Shown: positions 1 through 9,566 of the stretch, piece by piece
Layout of the letters: each line of letters starts with the position of its first letter
Numbering within the stretch: the first letter of the stretch is position 1
Assembly: GCA_040905565.1 (NCBI GenBank)
Contig: JBBDRF010000052.1
Location: 1-58,968, forward strand
Length of the DNA: 58,968 nt
Source: Phycisphaeraceae bacterium
GTDB taxonomy: Bacteria > Planctomycetota > Phycisphaerae > Phycisphaerales > Zrk34
Direction: 5' to 3'
Notes under the pieces: generated by a model
The model's input: the letters and a program-made list of their open reading frames with translations, nothing else
The model's database searches: none
What the model was told of the DNA's origin: nothing
Program-made: the position numbers and the translations under genes

Positions 1-40
1 CCGCCGGGGCTCCCCCGCCCCCCCAATCACACCTCACCCA

Positions 41-841
41 TCAAACATCACACATCTCCCCCACCCCCCAGCGTTCGCACAACGCGGCATGATCGATGTC
101 CGCAATCGAATCGACGATCAGGTCAGGCTGATACGCGTACGCCGCCACGTCCTCCCGGCCGGTCGTCCCCGTCAGCGTCAGCACCGTGTGGTAACCCATC
201 TGCACGCCGCCCAGGATGTCCGTCTCCATCGTGTCGCCGATCATCACGGTTTCGTCCGCGGTCAGGCCGATCATCTTCCGCGCATCACGCATCATCACCG
301 GACTGGGTTTGCCGACGCTGAACGCAGGCCGTCCGCTCGCCGATTCAAGCATCGCCACCAGCGCCCCGCAGCCGGGCCGGGTACCGTTGGCGGTGGGGCA
401 GTTGGGGTCCAGGTTCGTCGCCACCAGCTTCGCGCCGTTGAGCACCATGTTCAGCGCCGCTTCGATCGATTCAGCGGTAAACGTCCGCCCTTCGCCGACC
501 ACGACGAAGTCCGGATCACGATCATCCACCGAGAATCCGTGCCGATGCAGCGCCGTCACCAGTCCGCCTTCGCCGATCACGAAGGCTGAGCCGTTAGGCT
601 TCTGCCGCGCCAGGAATCGAGCCGTGGCCATGGCACACGTATAAACATGGTCTTCACTGACCTTGATGCCCATGCGGCTGAGCGACGCCACGACGTCTCG
701 CCGCGTGCGTTGGGAGTTGTTGGTTAAGAAGGTGAAGGGAACATCCAGGCGAAGCAGGTCCGCAATGAACCGGTCGGCCTGGGGAATAAGGCGGCCGCCG
801 CGGTAGATCACGCCGTCCATATCGATCAGGTAGCCAAGCAT
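41..841 (-). CDS. nagD: HAD-IIA family hydrolase (NagD-like)
   Basis: IDMDGVIY motif I, FLTNNS, VGKPS and MIGDTMETDI motifs. ATG at 841 preferred over the 856 start. Confidence 0.9.
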   Translation of the reverse strand: MLGYLIDMDGVIYRGGRLIPQADRFIADLLRLDVPFTFLTNNSQRTRRDVVASLSRMGIKVSEDHVYTCAMATARFLARQKPNGSAFVIGEGGLVTALHRHGFSVDDRDPDFVVVGEGRTFTAESIEAALNMVLNGAKLVATNLDPNCPTANGTRPGCGALVAMLESASGRPAFSVGKPSPVMMRDARKMIGLTADETVMIGDTMETDILGGVQMGYHTVLTLTGTTGREDVAAYAYQPDLIVDSIADIDHAALCERWGVGEMCDV

Positions 842-1435
842 CAGAAGAACTCGCAAGTGTTGGGGTTTCGTGGCAGGATCGATCGATTGCTGTCGATCTT
901 CAAACTCTAGTGGATGATGAATAGCCCTTAGTAAAACTAAGGTTCACATTCGACGAATCCCGTAGCCGCAAGTCGTGTGCCACAAACGCCGAACACGCCT
1001 GAGCCGCCCCCAGCGGCGAAACCTATATCGCAGCCGGGCAACAAGCGCGCATCGCCTGCACCACTGCCCAACCACTGCGCACCGTTGGCAACGAGCCGCG
1101 CACGTAAGTAAGCGGTTGTACGTCCGACCTCGGCGCATTGTGACGCCGCGTCGCAACCTCAAGCTTGAATCTCTATTCGTTCCGCCACGCGAGATCTTTG
1201 TCTTATCCCGCCCGTCCTTGCTCTGCGGTTTCGCCCGACACGATACCCGGGCACATCGCTGACGTGGGCTTTCATGACGCGCGGGTACAGTGAAGTGTCG
1301 GTCGAGCAATGAGGCGTTCGATCGGCAACTGAACCGTGCGGCGGCGCACGGATCTGTCAGCGAAGAGATAGGCCGCCGCGCTTCAAGCGTGCGAACCAGC
1401 AGTCGGGGCCGGACAACCGGCTCCGGCTGTATTTT

Positions 1436-1972
1436 TTAGAGATCGTAGATGCCGTCGTGCAGCAACTGCTGAGCCTGCTGAACCTCAGGCTCATCGTGGT
1501 ACGGGCAGAACTCGGGATCCAGTGCCGCCAGCGCCTGGGCAAGATTTCCCTGCCGCGCCAGCACGCGCGCCAGCCCGGTATAAACCCAGGGCCCGCCGCC
1601 GAGTCCGATTGCTCGCCCGTAGGCTGCTTCCGCAGCAGGCATGTCCTTCAACTCGTTCTCGCAGAACTCCGCGACCGCCTCGTGGGCCTCTATATAGTCC
1701 GGCCGAATCCGGGCGGCCGCTTCGAGGCTCTGCAGCACATCGTCACGCCGATACGGACTCGCCTTGCCCCGCGTCTGTGACAGATGCAACGCCACAAGAT
1801 CCGCCCGCATCATCCACAGCTCCGGCAGGTGCGGGCACTTATCCACCGCACGCTCGATCAGGGCCATCAGTTCATCATCAGGCGCATCGTTCGCCTTCGG
1901 CCACTGCGATTCGATCAACCGCATGTAGCCCCGGCAATCCTGCGACGGATCGTCATAGCTGAACGGACTCAC
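1436..1972 (-). CDS. TPR-repeat protein
   Basis: Helical TPR-like repeats (AAEAAYGRAIGLG, YTGLARVLARQG). Start overlaps the kdsB stop. Confidence 0.7.
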   Translation of the reverse strand: MSPFSYDDPSQDCRGYMRLIESQWPKANDAPDDELMALIERAVDKCPHLPELWMMRADLVALHLSQTRGKASPYRRDDVLQSLEAAARIRPDYIEAHEAVAEFCENELKDMPAAEAAYGRAIGLGGGPWVYTGLARVLARQGNLAQALAALDPEFCPYHDEPEVQQAQQLLHDGIYDL

Positions 1973-2727
1973 GAACGGCCATCCCCCGCCATCGGCTCGG
2001 CCTGCTGCCAGTGTGCCACGAAAGCTTCGTACTGCTCGGGCGTATCGATGCCGTGATGCTCCACACGCTCGGTGATCACTGCAATCGCAAAGCCATGCTC
2101 CAGCGCCCGCAGCTGTTCAAGCTGTTCAGCCTGCTCCGCGGGTGTCGGCTCCAGCGCGAGATAGCTCGGCAGAAAGCTTCGGCGATACCCGTAAAGCCCT
2201 ATGTGCTTAAGCGGTTGCGCCGTTCCGGTGCCATCGCGATCGTGCGGAATCAGACTGCGCGAGAAGTACATCGCGCGACCACGCTGATCCAGCACCACCT
2301 TCACAATATTGCGGTCGGCGGGGTCTTCATCGGCTGCGAACGGCGAGGCGACGGTGGCCATGGGGGCTTCCGAATCGCTTAGCCTTGCCACCAATGCGTC
2401 AATCAGGGCGGGGTCGATCATCGGCTCATCGCCCTGCACGTTCACGATCCGATCCACCTCCGCAGGCAACGCCTGTGCGACCTCGGCAATGCGACTCGTC
2501 CCATTGGGATGGTCCGCACGCGTCATCACCGATTCGTAACCGTAGTCGGCGGCGGCCTTAGCGATGCGTTCGTCGTCCGTGGCGATCAGGACCCGGTCGA
2601 TCAGGGTTGCCCGGGCGGCGGCATCGGCGACGTGGACGACCAGCGGGCGACCTGTTCGATCCAGCAACGGCTTGCCGGGCAACCGCGTGGACGCGTACCT
2701 GGCGGGGATGACAGCAACAACACTCAT
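1969..2727 (-). CDS. kdsB: 3-deoxy-manno-octulosonate cytidylyltransferase
   Basis: IPARYASTRLPGKPL, VNVQGDEP, YFSRS, HIGLYGY, LEQLRALE and IDTPE motifs. Confidence 0.95.
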   Translation of the reverse strand: MSVVAVIPARYASTRLPGKPLLDRTGRPLVVHVADAAARATLIDRVLIATDDERIAKAAADYGYESVMTRADHPNGTSRIAEVAQALPAEVDRIVNVQGDEPMIDPALIDALVARLSDSEAPMATVASPFAADEDPADRNIVKVVLDQRGRAMYFSRSLIPHDRDGTGTAQPLKHIGLYGYRRSFLPSYLALEPTPAEQAEQLEQLRALEHGFAIAVITERVEHHGIDTPEQYEAFVAHWQQAEPMAGDGRS

Positions 2728-3047
2728 GCTTCCATTATCACCCCCCCCACCTATCAATCAACCACGCCTCTCCCACCTATCGCGCCGTCCTCCCTGGACC
2801 CCGCGCGGTTAGCCGCCGATCCGAGCGCCCCGTTTCCGAGGGCGCTGCCGCCGACCCACTGGTGCGTGCTCGGATATGCGATCAACGTCGACTAATGCCC
2901 GTCAATCACCAGGTAACTGCGAGTAATCGGGCCTGCTTTTGCAGGAATTGAAGACTTATGCGCGAAGCTGAAAGATAATGCTTGATTCTGCCGATGCATT
3001 TTGTACACTTATGCTCTGCACGTGTCACTAGAGAGCGGGAATCATTC

Positions 3048-3740
3048 ATGGCCACGCAAACGCTGGATCGGTCACAAGTCGAACAACTGGTAAGGCAAAT
3101 GCTTTCCAGTCAGCTTCAGCAGGACGTGCGTCAGCCCCATCGGGCGCCGGCGGACAACGCGGGACCGAACCCGCTGGTTGTCAACGTCTCCGCGAGGCAT
3201 GTCCATGTGACGCCTGAAGATGTGGAAACGCTTTTCGGGCCGGGCAAGACGCTGACGAAGATGAAAGACCTGTACCAGGACGGCGAGTTTGCTTCCGAGC
3301 AGACCGTGAACCTGATCGGGCCCCGCAACCGGATGATTCCAAACGTCCGAATCCTCGGCCCTGCAAGGAATTACACACAGGTTGAGCTCAGCTACACCGA
3401 CGGTGTGTTCCTCGGCATCGACCTGCCTCTCCGCATGAGCGGCAAGCATGAGGGCACGCCCGGCTGCGTGTTGGCTGGTCCTCACGGTGCGGTGACGTTG
3501 AAGCAGGGGGTGATCCGGGCGGAACGGCACGTGCATATGCACCCCGCGGATACGGCACATTTCGGTGTTAACGACGGCGACTACATGAAGTTGCAGATCG
3601 ACGGGCCCTGCGGCGTGGTCTTCGACCGCCTGCTGGTCCGTGAGAATCCGAAGGTAAAACTTGAAGTGCATATCGACACCGACGAGGGCAATGCCTGCCA
3701 TCTGCCGTCGGCTGAGCGCATGCAGCTACTGAAGATGTGA
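3048..3740 (+). CDS. pduL: PduL-type phosphate acyltransferase with N-terminal encapsulation peptide
   Basis: VSARHVH, RHVHM and [10 protein letters not shown] motifs. N-terminal helix [18 protein letters not shown]. Confidence 0.93.
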   Translation: MATQTLDRSQVEQLVRQMLSSQLQQDVRQPHRAPADNAGPNPLVVNVSARHVHVTPEDVETLFGPGKTLTKMKDLYQDGEFASEQTVNLIGPRNRMIPNVRILGPARNYTQVELSYTDGVFLGIDLPLRMSGKHEGTPGCVLAGPHGAVTLKQGVIRAERHVHMHPADTAHFGVNDGDYMKLQIDGPCGVVFDRLLVRENPKVKLEVHIDTDEGNACHLPSAERMQLLKM

Positions 3741-3810
3741 ACAAGCGACGGCCCTATCGCCTGAGCTGATTTTGAAAATACGCAACGAACTTCTACGTGG
3801 AGACTTAGCA

Positions 3811-4107
3811 ATGGCCAACCAAGCACTCGGGATGGTCGAAACCAAGGGCCTGACGGCACTGCTCGAAGCCAGTGACGCGATGCTCAAAAGCGCGAACGTT
3901 GAAATGCTCGGCTGGGACAAAGTCGGCTCGGGCATGGTGACGACCTTCGTGCTGGGCGACGTGGCGGCGGTGAAGGCAGCGGTCGATGCCGGGGCCGAGG
4001 CTGCCGCTCGCATCGGGCAGGTGATTTCGACGCATGTAATCCCCCGCCCGCACGACGAACTGCCTGCTTTGCTGCCGAAGGCCAAGAAGGCTGCCGGTAG
4101 TAAGTAA
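3811..4107 (+). CDS. BMC-H hexamer shell protein
   Basis: ALGMVETKG...DAMLKSANV...[13 protein letters not shown]...VIPRPH (PF00936-type). Confidence 0.95.
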   Translation: MANQALGMVETKGLTALLEASDAMLKSANVEMLGWDKVGSGMVTTFVLGDVAAVKAAVDAGAEAAARIGQVISTHVIPRPHDELPALLPKAKKAAGSK

Positions 4108-4119
4108 GAAGAAGCAATA

Positions 4120-4251
4120 TAACCACAGAGGCACAGAGGAAGAGGAGGTAGGAAAGCAGAGAAGGTGAAACCTAAGTCGCGGAGTGGGGAGTCGATTTGT
4201 ACTTAGGTTTGTTTTCTTGTTTCCTGGCTTAGCTTTTGTGTTTTTGTGGTT
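4120..4251. repeat. Long intergenic inverted-repeat element (AACCACAGAGGCACAGAGG family), copy 1
   Basis: 31-nt left arm identical to 11479-11509. Right arm 4233-4251. Inner IR aaacctaagt (4168-4177) / acttaggttt (4201-4210). Confidence 0.8.
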
Positions 4252-4284
4252 GAACTTAATAGCCTCCTTTTTGGAGTTTTGAAG

Positions 4285-4545
4285 ATGAACGCATTGGGTC
4301 TGATTGAAACCCGTGGTCATACGCCCCTCGTCGAAGCGACCGACGCGATGCTGAAGGCTGCCAATGTTGAGCTTGTTAAGACGGTGCCGATCGGCGGCGC
4401 TTTCATTACGGCGGTCGTTCGTGGGGACGTCGGCAGTGTGAAGGCGGCGGTTGATGCGGGTGCGGAAGCGGCGTCGCGGACGGGTGAGCTGATTGCGGCT
4501 CACGTGATTGCGCGGCCTCACGATGATCTGCTGGACAAGTTCTAA
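4285..4545 (+). CDS. BMC-H hexamer shell protein
   Basis: ALGLIETRG...DAMLKAANV...[13 protein letters not shown]...VIARPH. Confidence 0.95.
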   Translation: MNALGLIETRGHTPLVEATDAMLKAANVELVKTVPIGGAFITAVVRGDVGSVKAAVDAGAEAASRTGELIAAHVIARPHDDLLDKF

Positions 4546-4561
4546 AACGATTGGCCGGCGC

Positions 4562-4674
4562 GTCGGGTGGGCATGGCTCACCTGAAAGGCGAGGCGGGAC
4601 GTTGAGCGCTTCCTTGCGGTTGCGGCTCGTTTTGGAACTGGTCGGGTATTCGTGGTGGGCGGTGCCCACCCTAC
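4562..4674. repeat. GTAG-type REP doublet with a nested second REP
   Basis: gtcgggtgggcatggctcacc (4562-4582) is inverted relative to ggtgggcggtgcccaccctac (4654-4674). 4607-4627 is a near reverse complement of 11426-11446. Confidence 0.6.
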
Positions 4675-4690
4675 TTTGGGAACGCATCTC

Positions 4691-5890
4691 ATGCTGATTC
4701 TTGTGGCGAATCTCGGCAGTACGAGCTTTAAGTACAAGCTGTTTGATACGGCGCGGGACGAAGCGGTGCTGGCGCAGGGAGCTGCGGACCGTATCGGCGA
4801 AGCTGAGAGTGCCTGGTCGCTGAAGGCGGACGGCGTCGACCGCGACGGCACGGCTGGGTTGCCCGACCATGGGGCGGCGATTGAGCTGCACCTGAAAGAG
4901 CTTGTGGATGCGGGCGTGCTTGATGCGATTGAATCGCTGGGTGCGGTCGGTTTCAAGGCGGTGCACGGCGGCCCGATCAGTGGCGCGGTGCGGGTCGATG
5001 AGCGTGTGCTTGAGACGATGCAGCAGTTTGCGGATGTGGCGCCGGCGCACAATCCGCCTTACATCGAAGCGATGCGCGCTTTTGGTGAGCGGCTGCCTGG
5101 CGTGCCTCAGGTGGCGGCGTTCGAGACGGCATTCCATCAGACGATTCCGCTGAAGCGGCAGGCGTATGCGGTGCCTTATGAGTGGACGCAGATGGGCATC
5201 CGCCGATACGGCTTCCACGGTGCGAGCCATCGTTACGTGGCGACGCGGATGGCGGAGATTGCTCCAGACGCACGGCGGGTGATCAACTGCCATCTTGGTG
5301 GTTCGTCGAGCATCTGTGCGATTGCGGATGGTCAGAGCGTGGCGACGAGCATGGGGTTGACGCCTCAGAGCGGGCTGCCTCAGAGCGGAAGGGTGGGGGA
5401 TTTTGAGATCTTTGCCCTGCTGAAACTGAACGCGGCGGGCATCAGCACTGAAGAAGCTTTGCAGCGGCTGGGTAAGGAATCGGGGCTGCTTGGCATCAGC
5501 GGCATCAGTTCGGACATGCGGGATATTGAACAGGCGGCGGCGGGGGGCGACGCGCGGAGCCAGCTTGCGATCGACGTGTATGCCGAGGCGATTCGGCATT
5601 ACATCGGTGCGTACATGGCGGTGCTGAACGGCGTGGATGCGATCTGCTTTACGGGCGGTATTGGTCAGAACGGCAAGGCGTTGCGTGAAGCGGTGCTGCG
5701 TGATTTTGACTATGCAGGCGTGAAGCTGGATGCGAAGGCGAATGAGGCGGCGGATGCGAACGCGGAATCACGCATCGATGCGGCGGACTCCGGCGTGGCG
5801 CTGTGGGTGCTGCCGACCAACGAAGAACTGATCGTGGCCCGCCAGACTGTGGCGGTGCTCGAAGCGACAACGAATACGACGAACAACTGA
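4691..5890 (+). CDS. ackA: Acetate/propionate family kinase (BMC-associated)
   Basis: [42 protein letters not shown] and PTNEEL motifs. Confidence 0.93.
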   Translation: MLILVANLGSTSFKYKLFDTARDEAVLAQGAADRIGEAESAWSLKADGVDRDGTAGLPDHGAAIELHLKELVDAGVLDAIESLGAVGFKAVHGGPISGAVRVDERVLETMQQFADVAPAHNPPYIEAMRAFGERLPGVPQVAAFETAFHQTIPLKRQAYAVPYEWTQMGIRRYGFHGASHRYVATRMAEIAPDARRVINCHLGGSSSICAIADGQSVATSMGLTPQSGLPQSGRVGDFEIFALLKLNAAGISTEEALQRLGKESGLLGISGISSDMRDIEQAAAGGDARSQLAIDVYAEAIRHYIGAYMAVLNGVDAICFTGGIGQNGKALREAVLRDFDYAGVKLDAKANEAADANAESRIDAADSGVALWVLPTNEELIVARQTVAVLEATTNTTNN

Positions 5891-5933
5891 CACACCGAGC
5901 CAAACGGCTCACCTTGCTCCCCGGAGAATCATC

Positions 5934-6197
5934 ATGGCAAACGAAGCACTGGGAATGATCGAAACCAAGGGTCTGGTCCCCGCGATTGAAGCGGCAGATG
6001 CTGGGCTGAAGGCAGCGAATGTGACGTTCGGCGGCATGAACAAGCCCGGCAGCGGCCTGGCGAGCATCAAGTTCATCGGCGACGTGGCAGCGGTCAAAGC
6101 AGCGGTTGATGCGGGTGCGGATGCGGCTGGCCGAATCGGCGAAGTCGTGAGCGTGAACGTGATCGCCCGCCCCCACGAAGGCGTCTCCAAGGTCTAA
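5934..6197 (+). CDS. BMC-H hexamer shell protein (third paralog)
   Basis: ALGMIETKG...KAANV...[13 protein letters not shown]...VIARPH. Confidence 0.95.
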   Translation: MANEALGMIETKGLVPAIEAADAGLKAANVTFGGMNKPGSGLASIKFIGDVAAVKAAVDAGADAAGRIGEVVSVNVIARPHEGVSKV

Positions 6198-6285
6198 CCC
6201 CCCCACCTTTTCCGACTGTTGTTTTGGCGTTGGGCTTGGTGCTCATGCTTGAACGCAGTGGGAATGTCTCCCCCGGGAGTTTTGC

Positions 6286-6609
6286 ATGTTTTTGGCGCGT
6301 GTGCAGGGCAGAATCGTGGCATCGCAGAAGGATGCGGCGATCAACGGCACCAAGCTGATGATTGTTGAGCCCTTGCGGGTCGACTATCCCGAAGCGGGTG
6401 GTGGGACCTTCGCGCCGACCGGTCGTGCGATTGTGGCGGTTGACCGCATTGGGGCGGGTGAGGGCGAGCTGGTGCTGATTGTGCAGGGCAGCAGTTCGCG
6501 GATGGTGGAAGGCTGCTCGAGCATGCCGATTGATGCGGCGATTGTGGGGCTTGTGAACGAAGCGAGCGTCCGAGGCAAAACGATCGACCTTAGCAACGTT
6601 CCCTCCTGA
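6286..6609 (+). CDS. BMC-P pentamer (EutN/CcmL family)
   Basis: MFLARVQGRIVASQK...VAVDRIGAGEGELVL...GSSSR...DAAIVGLV. Confidence 0.92.
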   Translation: MFLARVQGRIVASQKDAAINGTKLMIVEPLRVDYPEAGGGTFAPTGRAIVAVDRIGAGEGELVLIVQGSSSRMVEGCSSMPIDAAIVGLVNEASVRGKTIDLSNVPS

Positions 6610-6641
6610 ACACGTTAGCTATCGATAGAAAGAACAAAGTG

Positions 6642-8093
6642 ATGGACCAGGCAACGCTCATCCAAAACGTCGTGAAGAATGTCCTGTCGCAGCTTCAGAA
6701 TGGGGCTCCGGCGAACGGATCCGCGAACGGCCAGTCGCAGGGTTACCGCGGCGGTGGCGGGGGGGCGCCGCAGCAGGGTGCGTTCGGTATTTTCTCCGAC
6801 GTGGACCAGGCGGTGAAGGCGGCGGCGGAATCGCAGAGGAAGCTACAGGAAGCGGGCGTGGAGGTTCGGCGTGAGATCTGCGCGATGCTTCGGCGGATTC
6901 CGACGGAGAATGCTGCGGACTGGGGTCGCATTGAGCTTGAAGAGACGCAGGTGGGGAGGCTTGATCACAAGATTGCGAAGCTTGAGTTGCTGCAGAGCAT
7001 TCCGGGCGTGGAGTTTCTTGAGACGCGGGCACGGAGCGGCGACGATGGGATCGGGCTGGACGAATGTGCACCTTGGGGTGTGATTGGTTGCGTGACGCCT
7101 GTGACGCATTCGATTCCGACGCTAACGGCGAACGCGATCAACATGATTGCGGCGGGGAACGCGATGGTGGTGAACGCGCATCCGTCGGGGTACCGGTGTG
7201 CGACGACGGCGGTGCGGACGTACAACCAGGCGATCGCGCGGACGTTCGGGATTGAGAATCTGATTTGTGTGATTGATCCGCCGACGCTTGAATCGGCGGA
7301 GGGGATTTTCACGCATCCGGACATTCCGCTGCTGGTGGTGACGGGCGGGCCGTTTGTGGCAAGGGCGGCGATGAAGCAGGCAAAGCGTGCGATTGTGGCG
7401 GGGCCTGGCAATCCGCCGGTGGTGGTGGATGAGACGGCTGATCTGGACAACGCGGCGAGGGCGATCATTGCGGGTGGGTCGTTCGACAACAATCTGCTTT
7501 GCATCGGCGAGAAGGAAGTGTTTGTTGTTGAAAGCGTGTTCGACCGGATGATGGACGCGATGCGGCGGGCGGGGGCGCAGCAGCTTGACCGGGCTCAGGT
7601 GGATCAGCTGACGGCGGCGGCGTTCGAGTGGAAGGACGATCACTACGCGGTCCGCAAGGAACTGGTGGGTAAGGATCCGTCGGTGCTGGGGCAGGCGGCG
7701 GGTGCTTCGGTCGGGGCGAATGTTGATCTGCTTTTCGGGGAGACCGATGAGGCGAATCCGTTCGTGCCTGAGGAGCAGATGATGCCGTTCGTGCCGTTCG
7801 TTCGTGTGCGGAATGCCGATGAAGCGATTGCGAAGGCGATCAAGTACGAGCATGGCTTCGGGCATACGGCGATCATCCACTCGAATAATCTGGACACGAT
7901 CACCCGCATGGGTCGGGCGATGAACACGACGATCTTTGTGGTGAACGGGCCCTGCACGGCCGGCCTTGGCATCGGGGGCGAAGGGTATCCGAGCTACTCG
8001 ATTTCGACGCCGACGGGCGAGGGGATCACCAATCCGTTGACGTTTACGCGTTTCCGTCGGTTGAGCATGAGCGGTTCGCTCCGCATCGTTTGA
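6642..8093 (+). CDS. CoA-acylating aldehyde dehydrogenase (EutE/PduP family) with N-terminal encapsulation peptide
   Basis: TPVTH, VTGG, AGPGNPP, SFDNNLLCIGEKE (catalytic Cys), EQMMP and TPTGEG motifs. Confidence 0.95.
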   Translation: MDQATLIQNVVKNVLSQLQNGAPANGSANGQSQGYRGGGGGAPQQGAFGIFSDVDQAVKAAAESQRKLQEAGVEVRREICAMLRRIPTENAADWGRIELEETQVGRLDHKIAKLELLQSIPGVEFLETRARSGDDGIGLDECAPWGVIGCVTPVTHSIPTLTANAINMIAAGNAMVVNAHPSGYRCATTAVRTYNQAIARTFGIENLICVIDPPTLESAEGIFTHPDIPLLVVTGGPFVARAAMKQAKRAIVAGPGNPPVVVDETADLDNAARAIIAGGSFDNNLLCIGEKEVFVVESVFDRMMDAMRRAGAQQLDRAQVDQLTAAAFEWKDDHYAVRKELVGKDPSVLGQAAGASVGANVDLLFGETDEANPFVPEEQMMPFVPFVRVRNADEAIAKAIKYEHGFGHTAIIHSNNLDTITRMGRAMNTTIFVVNGPCTAGLGIGGEGYPSYSISTPTGEGITNPLTFTRFRRLSMSGSLRIV

Positions 8094-8104
8094 TCGGGCA
8101 TCGC

Positions 8105-8395
8105 ATGTTGCTAGCACTTGTGAAAGGTCGGGCGACGACGACGGTCCGGCATGGGTCGCTGGCGGGGCAGAAGCTACTGATCTGCCTGCAGCTTGATCGG
8201 ACGGGGAAGCCGACGGGCGACCCGCTGCTGTGCGTGGATCAGATCGGTGCGGGGACGGGCGACGTGGTGATGATTTCGTCGGACGGCAAGGGCGTTCGCG
8301 AAAGAATCACCGATAAGAACACGCCGATTCGCTGGTTCACGCTGGGGATCGTGGACGAGAACGGGAACGGCTCGTACGGCGGAGCGACTGGTTAA
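8105..8395 (+). CDS. BMC-P pentamer (EutN/CcmL family)
   Basis: VKGRATTTVRH...CVDQIGAGTGDVVMISSDG...LGIVD. Confidence 0.9.
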   Translation: MLLALVKGRATTTVRHGSLAGQKLLICLQLDRTGKPTGDPLLCVDQIGAGTGDVVMISSDGKGVRERITDKNTPIRWFTLGIVDENGNGSYGGATG

Positions 8396-8397
8396 GT

Positions 8398-9255
8398 ATG
8401 GCAGAGCAGCACGACCAACTTATCGCCCGCATCACTGAGCAGGTGCTGGCTGCGCTGAAGCAGAATGGTGCGAAGGTTTCGCGTGAGGCGCCGGTGGCGA
8501 TTCGTCCGCCTGTGGGGGTTTGCACGGGGGATTATTCGAAGTTCACGGAATTGCAGGGGCGGCTTGGCTCGCCTGGTGGGGCGGTCGGGGGTGGGGGTGC
8601 GAAGCAAACGCAGGGCAACGGCGAAAGCACGGGCCCGATTCTGCGCGGATTCGTGACGGCACGGCAGCTGGAGGGGCTGAAGGGCGGGGCGGTGACGCTT
8701 TCGCCGGATGCGACGCTGACGCCGTTGGCGGTGGATTATGTGAAAGAGAAGAAGCTGACGGTGAAGCGGGCGGCGGTGGCGGCGGCGTCTGTGGCGGGGG
8801 GCGCAGGCGGGGCAAAGGTGGGGGGGACGGTGGGGGGGTGGTCGTGGTGGATTGATGGTCGGTGCGAGGCGGTGGAGCAGTTGACGGCACAGCGGCGTTC
8901 GCAGTTGAAGCCGGTGGGGGAAAAGCATCAGCTGAGTGCGTTGACCGCGGCGGTGCGGAGCGTGGCTCGGGATGTGAAACAGAACAAGGCGGCGGGGGGC
9001 GTGCTGTTCGTGCATTCGGCGGCACAGGCGGCGTGCTTTGCGAATCGTTGCCCGTCGCTTCGGGCGGTGGTCGGCACGTGCGGCGAAGCGGTGGAGCAGG
9101 GGATTCAGCTTCTGGCAGCGAACGTGCTGATTGTCGAATATCCGCACGTCGGGCCTCGCGCGATGCAGGCGATGGTCGATCGGTTCGTGACGGCCGAACG
9201 GCCCAACCTGCCGGCGGTTGATCGACAACTGATGGAGCTTGGCCGATGCGATTAG
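8398..9255 (+). CDS. BMC cargo protein: encapsulation peptide plus RpiB-like C-terminal domain
   Basis: N-terminal HDQLIARITEQVLAALK, LTPLAVDYVKEK motif, and RpiB-like ANRCPSLRAVV...ANVL segment. Confidence 0.75.
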   Translation: MAEQHDQLIARITEQVLAALKQNGAKVSREAPVAIRPPVGVCTGDYSKFTELQGRLGSPGGAVGGGGAKQTQGNGESTGPILRGFVTARQLEGLKGGAVTLSPDATLTPLAVDYVKEKKLTVKRAAVAAASVAGGAGGAKVGGTVGGWSWWIDGRCEAVEQLTAQRRSQLKPVGEKHQLSALTAAVRSVARDVKQNKAAGGVLFVHSAAQAACFANRCPSLRAVVGTCGEAVEQGIQLLAANVLIVEYPHVGPRAMQAMVDRFVTAERPNLPAVDRQLMELGRCD

Positions 9256-9563
9256 CCTGGGTGACAGGTCGATTGACGCTCTCGCGAGGCGTGCCGGACT
9301 TCAAGCCGGGCAGCTGGCTGGTGTGCGAAGCGCTGGACGCAGCGGCGCTGGAAGGCGATGCGATGAAGCCGGGCAAACGCGTGAAGCCGATGCCTGAATC
9401 GCTGATCGTATACGACCGCATGGGTGCGGGCGTGGGGGATTTGATCGCGTTTTCTGAAGGCGGTGAGGCGACCCAGCCGTTCCGCCCCGACCGCGTGCCG
9501 ATCGACGCGTACTGTGCCGCGATCATCGACTCCGTTCATATACCAACTTCACGGAAGCAATAA
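9246..9563 (+). CDS. BMC-P pentamer (EutN/CcmL family)
   Basis: VTGRLTLSR...VYDRMGAGVGDLIAFSEGGEA...DAYCAAIID. Confidence 0.9.
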   Translation: MRLAWVTGRLTLSRGVPDFKPGSWLVCEALDAAALEGDAMKPGKRVKPMPESLIVYDRMGAGVGDLIAFSEGGEATQPFRPDRVPIDAYCAAIIDSVHIPTSRKQ

Positions 9564-9566
9564 ATT

